A stretch of 64,000 bases of DNA from Chrysomallon squamiferum (GCA_012295275.1 CM022672.1:24924001-24988000); one strand, 5' to 3'; counted from the stretch's first letter, positions 39,792-54,273 are shown. Notes: generated by a model from the sequence alone, not told the origin. Made by a program: numbers and translations.

Positions 39792-41292
39792 CTGTATTTC
39801 ACATTCATGTTTTAAAGCATTTGTTACAACATATATTATTAATTTTTTTTTTTTTATGTCTTTTAAGTCCTTTCTTCAAAGTCATTTTAAACTGTTTTAT
39901 ATTTCAAACAGTATGATCAGTTACGTTATTAAAATATAAAAATAAAAAAAAAGAAGACTGCCTCAAAATAATGGCGAAAAAAAAAATTCAAAATTACCCG
40001 AAGACTTTTAAATTTAGTCACTGTTTTTTTTTTTTTTTTTTTTTTTCTTTGTAACATACACGCGCCTAACCGGGACGGACCCAGAACTGTTTTTTAAAAG
40101 CGATCAGAAAATCGTAACCTCCTAAAATTTAACAGCATTTTAAAAATCAGACAATTTTAGTAAATATATTTCAAACATTCAAATATATAATAATTATAAG
40201 AAAGAAAGAAAGCAAACAAAGAAAGATTTTTTTTTTTTTTTTTTACTTTAAATAAAAACTGAAAAAAAAAAAAAAGAAACACATTTTTGCACGCATCCTC
40301 GGCAGCTCTGAGATGCGCGCCTGACACAGACGTGAATGTTATTATTATTACTGACATCTGCATGTGTAATGAGACGTCTGCTCACCCCATTCTCATTAGA
40401 GTCACCTCTCTGCTTGGGAAAGAAACAGTTACGGAAATCTTCTTCTAGAAAAATAATTCATCTTATGAAAACCTGGCCTTTATGTCACCCAAAGCAATCA
40501 GCATGCAGGAAATCCAAACAGCTGCACGTGTCACGGCGCACGACATTGTTCGTTTCATTCTGTCTAGATACCCGAGTGGCTTCCCTTTGTATGGCTTCTT
40601 CAGTAAAGAAGTCTGTCAACGCACAAATGACTTATCAGCCACATTTGAAATCAATAAAATGACAGCTGAGTTGGGTGTTGCGTTACAATAATCAGATATA
40701 TTTTCAAAACGACATCTTGACACACACTTACATTTCATGTACATGTGTTTTATTAAATATTTCTAAAAAAAATAAAAAAAAAAAATAAAATAAAAAACAA
40801 CACCAAATCGTTGTTTTCATTCGCCTGCACAGCTTTAACTTTTTTTTTTTTTTTTTTTTAAATAGTCTGACATACTGTTCACAATAATCAATGAATAACC
40901 ATAAAGCTATTGTTATATGTTCTGAAAATCTTAACAGAACGCAGGCTATGAAAGAAAAAACTGAATGAAGTTGTTTATTGAGATATTAACATATTTTAAT
41001 AGGAACTGTCTGCAGATGTTATAACAGTACTTTTTATTTCGTCCTCTTCTTCTTGTTTCATTCCGTTTTTATTTTTTTATTTTTTTAATGTTCGAATTTT
41101 TGAGACACAAAACATGTTGTCTTTATTTCTTTGACTCTTTCTAACTGCAGCAAATGTTCTTAAGCAATTTATTTACTTTGTACAAGTACTATGTACGACA
41201 TCTCTCGTATTTAAAGTAATAGTTTTGGGAATGAAGTTTGGAATCTCGCTGGATCTCATTTCTGAAATCGTGTATACAGGTAAGTTCTAGAC

Positions 41293-41808
41293 CACAGATT
41301 TCCAACCGGTGTGTAGCGAGACCAGCCAGTGGTAGAGCGACTAGTTGAACGATTCATCACACAAGGTTAGAGATTCAAACTTTTCAGAAAGGCTGTCTGT
41401 ATTTTAAACTTTTAAACCAGTTCATAAGCCTATTCTATAGCACGAATTTTACAGCGGAGAAAATTTTAAAGAAATTAATGTTGAAATGGATATCTGTTTA
41501 AGAATTTTCTTCATACCTAAATAAATAAAAAAATAAAAAGATTTTAGCTAATCTAAGCAATATTGTGGGTCATATTGTAGCGCTCAAGATATAGTATTAT
41601 TCTTACATGTTTACATGATCTTATTATTTGCTTTCCATTTGTCTTTTGCAGTTTATCTGATCTGATTAGCATAATTATTTAAAACTGGAAAAGAAAAATC
41701 TTAAATGCATTACACTGATTATAAAAAAATAATGATAAAAAAAAACATTTTCGAATCTGGGTGACCTCCCAACCACTGTGTTAATGCTGAAAAGGTTGGG
41801 ACTAAGTG
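41293..41808. mobile_element. Decayed non-autonomous hAT (Buster/Charlie-type) MITE, 516 bp
   Basis: Imperfect TIRs CACAGATTTCCAACC (41293-41307) and GGTTGGGACTAAGTG (41794-41808), 11/15 complementary. 8-bp TSD TTCTAGAC (41285-41292) / TTTTAGAC (41809-41816) with the central TA characteristic of Buster elements. Confidence 0.7.
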
Positions 41809-43497
41809 TTTTAGACTGTTAACCCCAACATAACGTCTTGTAAGCCTTCACCATAATCAGTGTATTTCCCTCCTTTCAGTTTGTTCTTGGATTTGGTGTG
41901 TTTCTTCATCGTCAATGTCGACATCAAAATAAAAATTAATATAATTCTCTTCTTAATCTTCATAAAAGTACTGGCGGAAGAAGAAGAATAGATTTATTTA
42001 ATAACGCAGGTTAATTAGAGTGTGTACATGGTTAATGAAAGCAAAACCCCCTGCCCCTCTTCATTTACCAGCAATAAAATTTGTTTTTATGCACCCACCC
42101 ATAAACAGAAAAGCATAAACATGGGCTATTATATGACAAACATGAAGAACTGCTTGAAGAGAAAAAACAGAGCTTTGGGAGAAGAGAAAAGGATTGATCC
42201 TTCAACCAGTCACTCCATAATCTAAATATTCACTGAGCCACAGTTCACTCGTTACACTGCTGACAGGTTGATATACGAGATATCAACACAGAATGCAAAT
42301 ACAGAGTTACTCAAGTTACAGAAAGAACACGTGTCTCTCTTTCATTAAAAAAGCTGTTTCTAGCGTTTTATGATGGGACAAAAACATAAAATTTTCTGTC
42401 ATAATATTGTATCATACTTTTCCATGATATTTAAGTTGTCACAAGCGTTGAGAAATGATAACCTTCATTTTTATTTACATTATCCCTTAAAGACGTCAGT
42501 TTTAAATTAGTCAGTGTTATTTCTAATGAAAATCAGTTAACTCATATGATCTAATTACTGTACCAACTGATCCTTTTTCTATCTATGGGTGGGTGCATAT
42601 AACAAGAATTCTAAACGAAAAGAGTAACCCATGTTTAAATTTCATTAAACGTTGTACAGGCGTTATTTTACTGAGTTATTAAATAAAATATTTCTTCTTC
42701 GTCTGCTAAAACCTTTACTGAGATTAAAAAGAAGATTATAGTGGAGATTATTTTGTTGTCCACAGTGATGACGAAGAAGTAAGATAAAGAGAAATTATTA
42801 TAAGGCGTATTATAAACAAAATATTATCTATAAAGACCAGATACTACAGTTTTAAAATACATTTAAGGTACAGTGTCGCTATATTTGACTAAATTTACTT
42901 TTAAACACACCAATGTTCTCACATCAGTATTATAAATATGATACAAAAAGAAAAAGGATTCTAGAGTATATTCTTGAAAAGTACTACTGTAATATGTAGA
43001 GTCATTGTAAAAGGTACGTTCTCTAATGCACTTTATCAGTACTTTTAAACATCTTGAAACATTATGAAATACCTGACTACTGTAATCTGTCGGGCAGATA
43101 AATAATCTGCAAGTTGTGGCAATAACAGGAACTTATTATCAGATATATTTACTTTCTGGAAATCTTATTTCTTCTCTGATGTAATCGCCAGAAACTGCTG
43201 CCAAGAATTCAAACTGGAACAGACTAGTAACAAACTTTTTCTTTTATCAATGAAAACCAAAAGGTCATCTGGTCCTAAACAGTAAACGTGCTGGAGGGGG
43301 CAGAGGCGACAGACGCAAATCAAGACTTGGGAAACCATTTGAAATGAACAGACATTAAATGTTTTATTGTGGGTTTTTTTTATTTCAGTAGATAAGTTAT
43401 GTTAGCAGATAAGTAGTCAGCTAGGTTATAGATATGATTGTGTGCATGTATGTAGTATGTATGTTTGTATGTATGTATGTATATATGTATGTGTGTA

Positions 43498-43528
<31 letters not shown>

Positions 43529-43713
43529 ATGTATGCAAGTATGCATGCATGTGTCTGCATGTAAGAATAATGTAAGCATGTAAGTTTATATGCTTGCTTC
43601 AGTACATTCGTGAATGGAAGCAAATGTAAACATATGTAACGTACATAAACACATGCTATATATAGATAGCAAGCAAACATGCAAACATACATTCGCTCAT
43701 GCATGCATATGTA

Positions 43714-43747
<34 letters not shown>

Positions 43748-44326
43748 TTACATATATGTTCCTGCATCTGTGCATCTATGAGTATCAGTAATTTTGTAGA
43801 AGAAAAAAATTGATTTCACAGAGACAGTTATCATTAAAACGTCCATAATTAGTTTTAGTTAAACTGGTACCGCCCCTGCAAACTGATCTCTTTGCTTATA
43901 TCTTACATTCTTACTTGTGTCTGTACCGAATTCAACTCCGCACAGAAATACTAGACGATCACTGGAACTAGAGTGAATAAATTTGGTTGCGTTATGATGT
44001 CATCCAGTGCAAATTCGTGCGTAGAAGTAATGGGAAAAGACAGGTGTGAAACTGGACAGATCTGCACATCACATTGTGTTTAGACCTAGGAAGAAACACA
44101 TACATATCCGTGCAGTGATACACAGCGCTAATTCTTTTTATTTTTTAATAGAACAGATCGAAGCAAGTCGTTTTTTCTCACGACTGTTTTAAAGGTTGTT
44201 ATTTTGATGACACTGAATTGTGTGAATGTAAGTTAGTAAGTACGTGTGCATGTATTTAACTGTGTATGTATGTATGTATGTACGTATGTATTTATGTAAG
44301 TATGTATATATATATGTATATATGTA

Positions 44327-44385
<59 letters not shown>

Positions 44386-45477
44386 GTATGTACTTATGTA
44401 GTATGTATGTACACACGTTTTTAGTTATGCACAGATATACGGTATCGATGAATATACGCCAATGTTTATTCCTTTATTTTTTCTATATATCAGTGCATGT
44501 ACATAACTTTGTTTGTTTATTTCCTTGTTTGTTCTTCCGTTTGTTTGTTGATTTATTATAGTTATATACATATTTATCCTGCCATTAACAGGACTCGAAA
44601 TAAACTAGTTTTTCCCGTTCAGAAATGTACTCTTCTTTGTCACATTTATTTATAGACATTGCGGTATTTTTGTGTTGTCTCTAATTTTTGGCCTTTCTTC
44701 CTCTAACGAAATGGAAACATGGCACGTTCTATGATAATACTACTCCTCAATGTATAAAATGATTTTATCTCTGTCAGATATCACCACACACTTTAAATAT
44801 GCCAGCAGGAAGATAAACAGATTCTGATGTAAAATAAACTCGCGGTAAAGATTTCTGTGATTCTGTTGGTATCTATGTAAGAACATAAAAATAGTATTTA
44901 AAAAAGAAAGTTTGTCTCATGATGTTATCCCATGAGATGTATTGTAATTTCGTCGCAATGGCATTTTTCTGAATATAATAAAAATGTGAACTCTCTTGAA
45001 ATCTGAACGAAAGTAAGAAATGTTTATAAATAACAAATAATTGTACCGTAAGAAAAGAAGAGAGAAAAAAAAAGATTTAAATGTCATTTGTTGAATATAA
45101 AATGTTTGAAATTTCGTGTGAAAATAATAGGTTTTATTCCTTTCTTCCTTTAGTGATGACATATCATTTTGTGGAATGCAATTATACAAAACGCATAAAT
45201 GTTAGGTTGGAGAAAAAGGACGCGAGAAGAAATTATAGAAAGACAATCATAAAAAGTGACAAACAGCGAGAGAAAAAAGGACAAGAAGACAGTCAGAAGG
45301 GGGAGGGGCAGCTGTGATTGAGGAAATAGGGAGTGAAAAAGAGAGAGGAAGAGAAGAAGATGGAGCAGAAGGAGACTGACAATCAGAACTAAAATAAGAC
45401 TGAAACGGAGAAAAGAAAAGAGGCGAAGTGGAAGGAAAGAGAGTTAGAGACAGGAATTATGACATAGAGAGACATAG

Positions 45478-46180
45478 TAAAGAGATAAGGAAAGAGTAAG
45501 ACAGAAGGAGAAAAAGAGATGAAAATAGAGTGAGATAGAAGTAGAGAAGGAGATAAGGAGAGAGTGAGAAGGAGATAAGGAGAGAGTGAGAAGGAGAGAC
45601 AGGGATAAGGATAGAGTGAGATAGGAGAAAAAGAGATGACAATAGAGTGAGATAGAAGGAGAGACAGAGATGAGGATAGAGTGAGACAGAAGGAGAGAAA
45701 GAGATAAGGATAGAGTGAGACAGAAGGAGAAAAAGAGATGACAATAGAGTGAGACAGAAGGAGAGAAAGAGATAAGGATAGAGTGAGACAGAAGGAGAGA
45801 AAGAGATAAGGATAGAGTAAGATAGAAGGAGAAAAAGAGATGTGGATAGAGTGAGATAGAAGTAGAGTAAGAGATAAGGAGAGAGTGAGATAGCAGAGAC
45901 AGAGATAAGGATAGAGTGAGACAGAAGGAGAAAAGAGATGACAATAGAGTGAGATAGAAGGAGAGAAAGAGATGAGGATAGAGTGAGATAGAAGGAGGGA
46001 AAGAGATGAGGATAGAGTGAGATAGAAGGAGAAAAAGAGATAAGGAGAGTGAGATAGAAAGAGAGACAGAGATGAGGATAGAGTGAGATAGAAGGAGAGA
46101 CAGAGATGAGGAGAGAGTGAGATAGAAGTCGAGAAAGAGATAAGGATAGAGTGAGATAGAAGGAGAGAAAGAGATAAAGA
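45478..46180. repeat. Purine-rich minisatellite, ~34-bp unit AGAGATAAGGATAGAGTGAGA(T/C)AGAAGGAGA(G/A)AA, about 20 copies
   Basis: Direct reading; explains the 309-aa and 252-aa Leu/Ser-rich minus-strand ORFs. Confidence 0.92.
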
Positions 46181-46586
46181 TAATGTAAGAAAGAGCCAGA
46201 GAAGGGGAAAGACAAACAGATAAACTGATAAATAATTTAAGTTTATAATTAATAATTAATGAGTTTTGATCATCTTTTAATAATATTTTATTAATATACT
46301 TCTCTTCTAACAGTAATATGTGCAGACCTTTAGAAAAACAATTAACCTCTGATACACTGAACTGACGCGCCATTATACAAATAATCGCTGTAGCTGCTAA
46401 TTAATCAACATCGTGCCAGTTATCAGAAGATTTATTAAACTGGGTACCACTTCTTGTGTATCGTTAACCTCCTGAGAATATCGCACCAAAATGATTTAAT
46501 AAGCATTTGTGTTAGTGTCTCTAAAACGTTCTTATTAAAATCTACAATTTAATACCAATTACTGAATTTGTTGAAAGAAAAAGAAG

Positions 46587-46619
<33 letters not shown>

Positions 46620-46699
46620 AAATACTCTCTGAAATGGGATACATTAGAAATGTGCACAATCTCTTACCACTAAACACGATAATTACTTCAAATACATAT

Positions 46700-46925
46700 G
46701 GAGATTAAACGTTTCGGGTTTTATGCACGTGTCAGCGCGTGCAATAAAAATGGCTTCTCGAGCTCGGGTTTATGGAGCATCACGTGGACTGATATAAAGT
46801 TATTTAAATCCACGCAACAGAAACTGAGGTTTTATTTGCGGTGACAAAAAGCAGATGAAACCGAACAGGACTACACAAGAATTACGAGTAGACGAATTAA
46901 TACAGAGCGCTGACGTGAGAGAAGT
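46700..46925. promoter_or_regulatory. Candidate enhancer with paired E-boxes
   Basis: CACGTG at 46726 and 46781, each preceded by TCGGGTTT(T)ATG; CpG-rich; TGACGT at 46911. Confidence 0.45.
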
Positions 46926-47741
46926 ATAAACATTCAGATTACCTCATTATAATATTAACCAGCTTTACACCTTGGACCCAATACGTCAAGGTTACTCGGT
47001 TTGTTGGCAACGAGAAGCGTACATGGAGATGAAAGCAGAGCATTATTTTAAAATAATGACACCGTCCTGTTATTACCATTACAGCCACAGCTACCTTTGC
47101 TGTCACTGCTACTACTATGACTACTACTATTACTGCTATTAATAATATCATTTAAGAACAAAAACAAACAAAATTAACATTAACATTAACAAATCTTCAT
47201 AATAATATCACATACAACAACATTTTGATATCCGTCAACAACAAAAACAATGCTACTACTACTGCTTCTGCTATTGCTGTTACTACTACTGTTAATATTA
47301 TAATACTATTACTAACACAACCATCACCACTTTTATTATTATGATTATCATTACTGTTGTCGTGCCGTCATCGTTGTTGCTGCCGCTAGTTGTTTTTTTT
47401 TTTTGGTACTGAGATTGCTGTTGTTGATGCTGATGACACAGTGGTAGCTGCAGTAGGATTTTCAATACGAATTTTCTCTGTTTAGAAATAATTACTACGC
47501 TGACTCTGTATCACTTAGTATGAGTCAGGTCTATTTATTACATCACTCAGTTAAAAATAAAATCTAGATACTGCAGTCCGTAATAACAAACTGCTGAGAA
47601 TCCTTGTCAGAAACCCATTACTGACAATTCTTTATTACTTTAATCCCTGTCATTACTAGCTGTGAACAAATTACACAAATTCCTTTACTGCTGTATTCTA
47701 CTATTATCCTGCAATGCCTCTTTGCGTTTATATATATATGG

Positions 47742-47745
<4 letters not shown>

Positions 47746-47776
<31 letters not shown>

Positions 47777-47825
47777 TGTATGTATGTATGTATGTATGTA
47801 TGTATGTATGTATGTATGTATGTAT
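47746..47825. repeat. (TATG)n microsatellite
   Basis: Direct reading. Confidence 0.95.
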
Positions 47826-49868
47826 AAAATGAACTACAAGATTTCAGTAGTAACATTTTTATCTTAATTCTTATTTCGTATCCGACTTAATTAAACATTT
47901 ATGCCAGGCAGGAGAAAGAGGCGTAGAAGGAGACTGATAACAAAGAAAAAACAGAAGGCATAAAGGATGACTGAATGAAGAAGGAGTCACATTAGGATAC
48001 TGATAAACAACATTAAAAGGAGACTGAAGAGGAGAAAGAAGGAGATGCAGTAGGAGACTGATAATTAGGAAGTGCAACAAAATATTCATGTGAACACAGA
48101 TATAAAACCGATACAAATATCGCGTTGGTGAGAATATTTAAAAAAAAAAAAAAAAAAAAAAAAATAGAACATATTTTAATTTTTAAAAAAATCCTGAATG
48201 GAATACAAGAGGGAGAAAAATGAAAAACAAAATAATAATAATAAATAAAAAAAATACGACAACGAAACGGAATAAACTGAGCTTTGTCCTTTGAAGTTCA
48301 TCAAGCTTTTGGACTGAAAGTCCCGAATAAACCATGTGTTCCTTGGATGCCATTAATTCTGGTGTCGGTGACATAATCGCCAATAAAAGCATGCACTGTA
48401 ATAAGTATGTGAATCTAGAGCTAGTTAATAGTTTATGGGCGAAACACGTGTTCCTTTACATCAAGCAGATTTGTACTTGAATATGTCAATGTTGTGCTTG
48501 TTCGTGTATATTCGTGTCAGTTGGATGTCTCCTTGCTACAACAACTTATTATAGCTACTTTTACAGCTACTGCAACTATTACTACTGCTACAACTACTTC
48601 TACCACTGTTACTAAAACTGTTAATAATACTACTGCTAAAACTAATATTAATACAACTTCAGAATTACTATCCAACCACTGCAAAGACTAATATTGTTAC
48701 TGCTTCTACTACTACTATTACTACTACTACGTTAACTCATTTACTGTTCCTGTTGTCTAACGTTATTCTCTACATCTAGTAACTATTTTTTGTTTTAATC
48801 ACAGAAATTCGGCTATCACCATCATCATTATCACTATCATCACCATCATCATCATTATCATCATCACCATCATCATCATCATCATACATTCTTCTCCTTC
48901 CTCGTCTTCACTTTAATTGACATCATCGCAGTTTAAAGAGTAACACGCCATCTGGAGATGATAATTACATTTCTCATATTCAGATTCATCGGTGCTAGTG
49001 AACATTGTTAACTCAGGTTAAAAAATAATAATAATCATGATGATGATAAAAAATATTATAATAATAAATAATAACAAAACAAAACAAAAAATTACCTGGA
49101 AATGATAACGAAATGCACAGTTATTTACAGAAACAATAAACTCGGCGAAAAGGTTAAAACTAATTGATTTGCTGGGTCTGTTTTGACAACAGACTGTGCA
49201 ACATGCAGCCATTTGCATTAAAACATCACGACATGTTGATTAACTAATGCAACAAAGAGGTCAGGGAAATAGTTTAACATGTTTATAGCCACGAAAACCT
49301 CAGACTCTTAGTCCTTGTTTAAACGAGGAGGCAGATTAACATACACTGACTCGAGGTTTAACCAACTCTTGTAGATCTTTTTTATGAATATGAAAACAAT
49401 ATTCTAACATGATTTTGAAATCAAAGATTATCAAAGATTCTTGTTAAATAAAATTACATTTTCGAAGGTTATATTCCAACTTACACAAAAATATGTTACA
49501 TCTGTTTGTGTGTGCGCGCGCGCGCCTATAAATCCATGGATGGATTTGTGTGTGCATTTGTTTATATGTATATATGTATATATGTATACGTGTGTGTATT
49601 TTAGTCGCAGTTTCCCTAGCTGCTACCACTGGAAACTTACTAATAGTATATATTCCAATAACACAACAATTATTTACTAACGTCGTGCTGCAGAAGTCAC
49701 TAATTGAGACCCAGTGGGTGATAAGGAAATGTTTGTAAACAAACTGAGCGACAAAAGCCTCAAACTCGTAGAAGTTGATGGACCGAAACAAGGAGCAAGT
49801 GGGTGCAAACATAACGGAACCAATTAGCCGTGAAATTGGCGAAGATTCTCTTCTTCATCTTCATTCCT

Positions 49869-50030
49869 GAGTTCTTCATACGGACGAAGGTCTATGAGTT
49901 CTTCAAACGGTTAATGGTTTGTGAGTTCTTCATACGGATAATGGTCTGTGAGTTCTTCATACGGATAATGGTCTGTGAGTTCTTCAAACGGGTTGATGGT
50001 CCATGAGTTCTTCATACGGATGATGGTCTA
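49869..50030. repeat. 27-bp minisatellite, 6 copies (GAGTTCTTCA(T/A)ACGGATAATGGTCTGT)
   Basis: Units start at 49869, 49896, 49923, 49950, 49977 and 50005. Confidence 0.92.
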
Positions 50031-50533
50031 CATCGTTTTATAACCGTTAACTTTTTGTTTAGTTTTTACCAGCAAAATTCCCAGAGCAGAAGAATGCTTT
50101 GTGTTTGTCGTGGAATCGTGCAGTCATCGCAGAATCAGCGCTTTATCGTGATGCTTTGAAGTCAGTGTTAAATACAATTACCAGTCCTGCGAGGCGCGTG
50201 TACAGTTTTGTGTTCAGTCGGTTTATTTACATTTTATTTATTGGTTGTCTAAATATTTTCCCGATAGCTCGCTGTATCGTTATACTGAATTACCCTAAAA
50301 TAGCTTTTAAAAAGTGCTCGAAGGAATACGCAGGACGAAAGTCAGGCTGCTGTGCACATAATAATGGTATTAAATGTTTGCGAATGTTTAATACTTATAA
50401 CGTATATTTAATTAATAAAATGATACAGATACAATAAATTTTTGGAATATTCCTCGCAACAAGATAATATACATTTAATAGGTTGATATCATCATCATCA
50501 TCATCATTGTTGTTATTATTCTTGTTGTTGTTG

Positions 50534-50616
<83 letters not shown>

Positions 50617-53600
50617 GTGTATATGTTATTGTATTACTACAAGAACAGAGCAGGTCTTTTATTAAATTAGCGCGTTATTCAGCGACATTTTATGAACATT
50701 CAAAATAATTATATTTACCGCACTGGTGCGATCCTCAAATGTTTTGTTTTATTGTTGTTGTTGTTTGTTGTTTGTTATTTTTTATTTTTACTTTATATAT
50801 ATACTTTTTTATTTTGGTGGTTCTTTTTAGGTGTTTTTTTTTTGTTTTGTTTTCTTGTTTAATAAAATAAATTATAAGCTCATGAAGAAAAACATACTGA
50901 AACTGATGAGGATGTGTATGTACATGTTTGTATTTATATTCATTTTTTTCTTGAGAAATTCTATTTTCAGATTAAATTTGTGTAAATCTTATGTTGATTC
51001 TTATAACAGTATACTTTATTCAGCAAGAAAAAAAGAGATAATATGAAGTTGAAAATCTTAGGTTTATTTCCTAATCTTAATGTTACATATATAAACTCTG
51101 TTAGATCTTCGTAATTTTCTAGTTTCCCTATTTGTTTTTACAGCTGTTTGTTTTCTGTGAAGAGAACCACTGACAATGACATTAATCAAACTGATAAATT
51201 CACGACTGTGTTTATTTAAATAATAGCATATTTATTTTAGAAAAGATATTATTTTTACTTTTGTTTTCATTTTGATAAGATTAATTGAATTGAAACAGAT
51301 GCCCTGTAAAGGAGGTGAAAAAAAAAAAAAAAAAAACGACATAAAAATTGTAACTAAAATAAAAATTAAAGGATTAATTAAAGGATGTTATGAAATATGT
51401 TTCTGTGAATAAAATTAGAGAACAAGGATGAAGCAAAGGTTTTTATTTTTATTTTATTTTTATTTTATTTCTGCTTGTACATCAATTTCGGAATAAATAA
51501 ATAAAGAATCAAAAAAAAATTAAAATAAAATTAAAAAAAACTTAAAACAAACAACAACAATAAAAATAAAATGTTTGAATAAAATATTTTGAATTTTCGT
51601 ATTTTGCCGTTGAATAACGCGCTAATTTAATAAAATTCTGCTCTGTTCTTGTGGTAACATACACAAATAAAGATTACTATTTTAGTTATTTTTCTCGAAA
51701 AATAGGTCTCACCTATGGGAATGTTTCCTGATCAAAATATTTCCACTGATGTGATTCTGGTTAGCGAGAACGTCTGTTCGTCTGGGTGAATACAGATAAG
51801 TGTGTTTTTGTGTGTGTTCATGTGCATGTTCATGTGCATGCATTTTTTTCATGTGTAAATATATGTGCAGGTGAAGGAATGTGTTTGTGTTTGTGTGTGT
51901 GTGAATTGTCAAATATATACAGAAAAATTCGTAACAATGTGGCCAGTCAGAAATCATTTGGTACCATGCAACCTGTTTGTTGCGTGATGTGTGACGTGCA
52001 GGACAACGTGCATGATTAGATTTGAACATTAATGTTTTATTTGTATCTCATTAATATTCATCTTTTTTTTTTTTTTTCTCTAGCACACAGAAATGTGCTG
52101 GCAAGTCTTGTCGGGAAAATTAACACAAAATATAAACTTGAGAAAATATATCAAAAATAAATATTGCCTTGTGTTTTGTGAATAACGAAAGAAACTGTTA
52201 AATGAATAAATTTTTGCCTTTAGACCAGGGCTGTTAAAAACAGTTGTTTGATATGTGACGCTACTGTAGTTTAAATCTGAAATTCATTATGTCTGCCATA
52301 CATTATTAACGGCACATATAAGATCATTACATCGAGATTAATACCGTGGTCTACATTATTACAGTTGATAACATTCCTTATCATTAAAATAACAACTTGC
52401 AGTAATACACTCATTTCACAGCGGATGAACGTTTCATCCACTAATTGACAAGTTTTCTTGGAGTCACATGCTTTCTGATAAATTAAACAAAAATATGACA
52501 AGCTAAGATGTTAGTAGACGTACAGACGAAGCGTCTTTGTATCTGCTAATCGGATAATTGTCCTAACGGTACAAAGTCCTGTAAGCTGCTTTGTGAATCA
52601 TTAGTTTTCGTTTATTAGCTTTGAGTTTCACAGTTCAAAGTCGTACGTTTTATGTCAACATAAGAAAATTTGACGAGTCGCGAGAGATGTGAATACATAC
52701 ATATACACATGTTATACAAACACACATACATACATATACATACAACTATACATACATATACACATAACATATATACACACATACACAAACATACGTCCAT
52801 AGATACGTATGTTCATACATACGTACATACATAAAATCATACATTCATATATACATACATACGTACATACATACACATTATATACACAGAAAATATAGAA
52901 TTGTTAAAAACTAAAATAAAATGCAGTTTGTTCAACTTAAGTAAACGAGTAAATCAGACTGGTTTTTAAAACATTATTATTAATACTACTCCACACACAC
53001 TGCTAAAACTGTTATTTTTATTATTATTTCATCGTCATCACCATCTGTTTTCTTACATAGGAATTCTGACATGATATTGTCTGCGGAGAATACCGCTACA
53101 TTTATCCTTGAGACATCAAAGCGCATATTACAATATTTAATTATCCACTCTTTGGCCAATGGCTGCTGTGGGAAATAGTCCATTTCAGAGTTAAAAAAAA
53201 AAAAAAATGGTTCTTGCAACCAGGCACATCTCGGTTTATTCCTTAAACAGCACGCACCAGTCCAGTTTCATTTATTTCATATGAAATTTCTATTTTTGTC
53301 CAACTATTTTTATATCATAATAATACGTAATAAGATAAATGTTATAAATTTAGTCACATACAATTAATCCATATGTAAATTTAGAAATAGGTATATTTCG
53401 AAACTACAATATCTGTATATCCAGAATACATTTTAGGCTCGCTTTCCTTAACTACATTTTATGAATTGGCATTATGATGTAATAGTATTGTTATGTAGAT
53501 TATCAAGATAAATATAAATTTGTGAATGGCTGTATGAAATATAACAAATGTATAGAAAGATGGTTTGGATGCTTGTTCGGAAATTAAAACATTCATGTTT

Positions 53601-54184
53601 CTTACAAAATTGTTGAGTATAGAATTAATAAAATCAAATAACACAAGAAATGAAAACAAACTATATTTCTGTTACTGTTGTTTCTGTGTAATCATTGTTA
53701 CTGAGTGTTTAGGATAGTTAAGTCTAATTCCATTGTTTTAAAGTTTTGTTGAATAACAGTTTTAAATTACTTATCACTGTCTGAGATTTCAGATCACTGC
53801 TAAACACACACACAGCCTGTATTCATGAATATACAGTTTCTAATCGTGTGTTTTTAGCTCACTCGGTAACAGAAGAGATTTGTGTCACTGCAACTTTGTG
53901 TAAAATATGGTTTCATCTGACAGAGTAATTAACCGCGTTATGAAAACTGCAGAGACAAAGAACAACAGAGAGGTTTATTTCTCAAACGACCGATAAACGT
54001 AATGTATAACCGACACGTGATTCTGTGATCTTTTTTATGTCACTCTTTTTAATTAACGCTGTAGATATAATGAATTTTCTTTAAAGACGCCTTATCATAT
54101 TTACTTTGTTTCAACTATCTGGATGTTTCTTCGATGTATCCCATCTATTATGTATATCTCTGTGTCTGCGCTCTCGTATATGTA

Positions 54185-54273
<89 letters not shown>

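Noticed and set aside
45444-46373. 309-aa and 252-aa minus-strand ORFs
   Set aside because: They are translations of the pyrimidine strand of the 34-bp minisatellite, which rarely forms stop codons.
49869-50030. CRISPR-like appearance of the 27-bp array
   Set aside because: The variable parts are homologous to each other rather than unique spacers, the context is eukaryotic and no cas genes are present.
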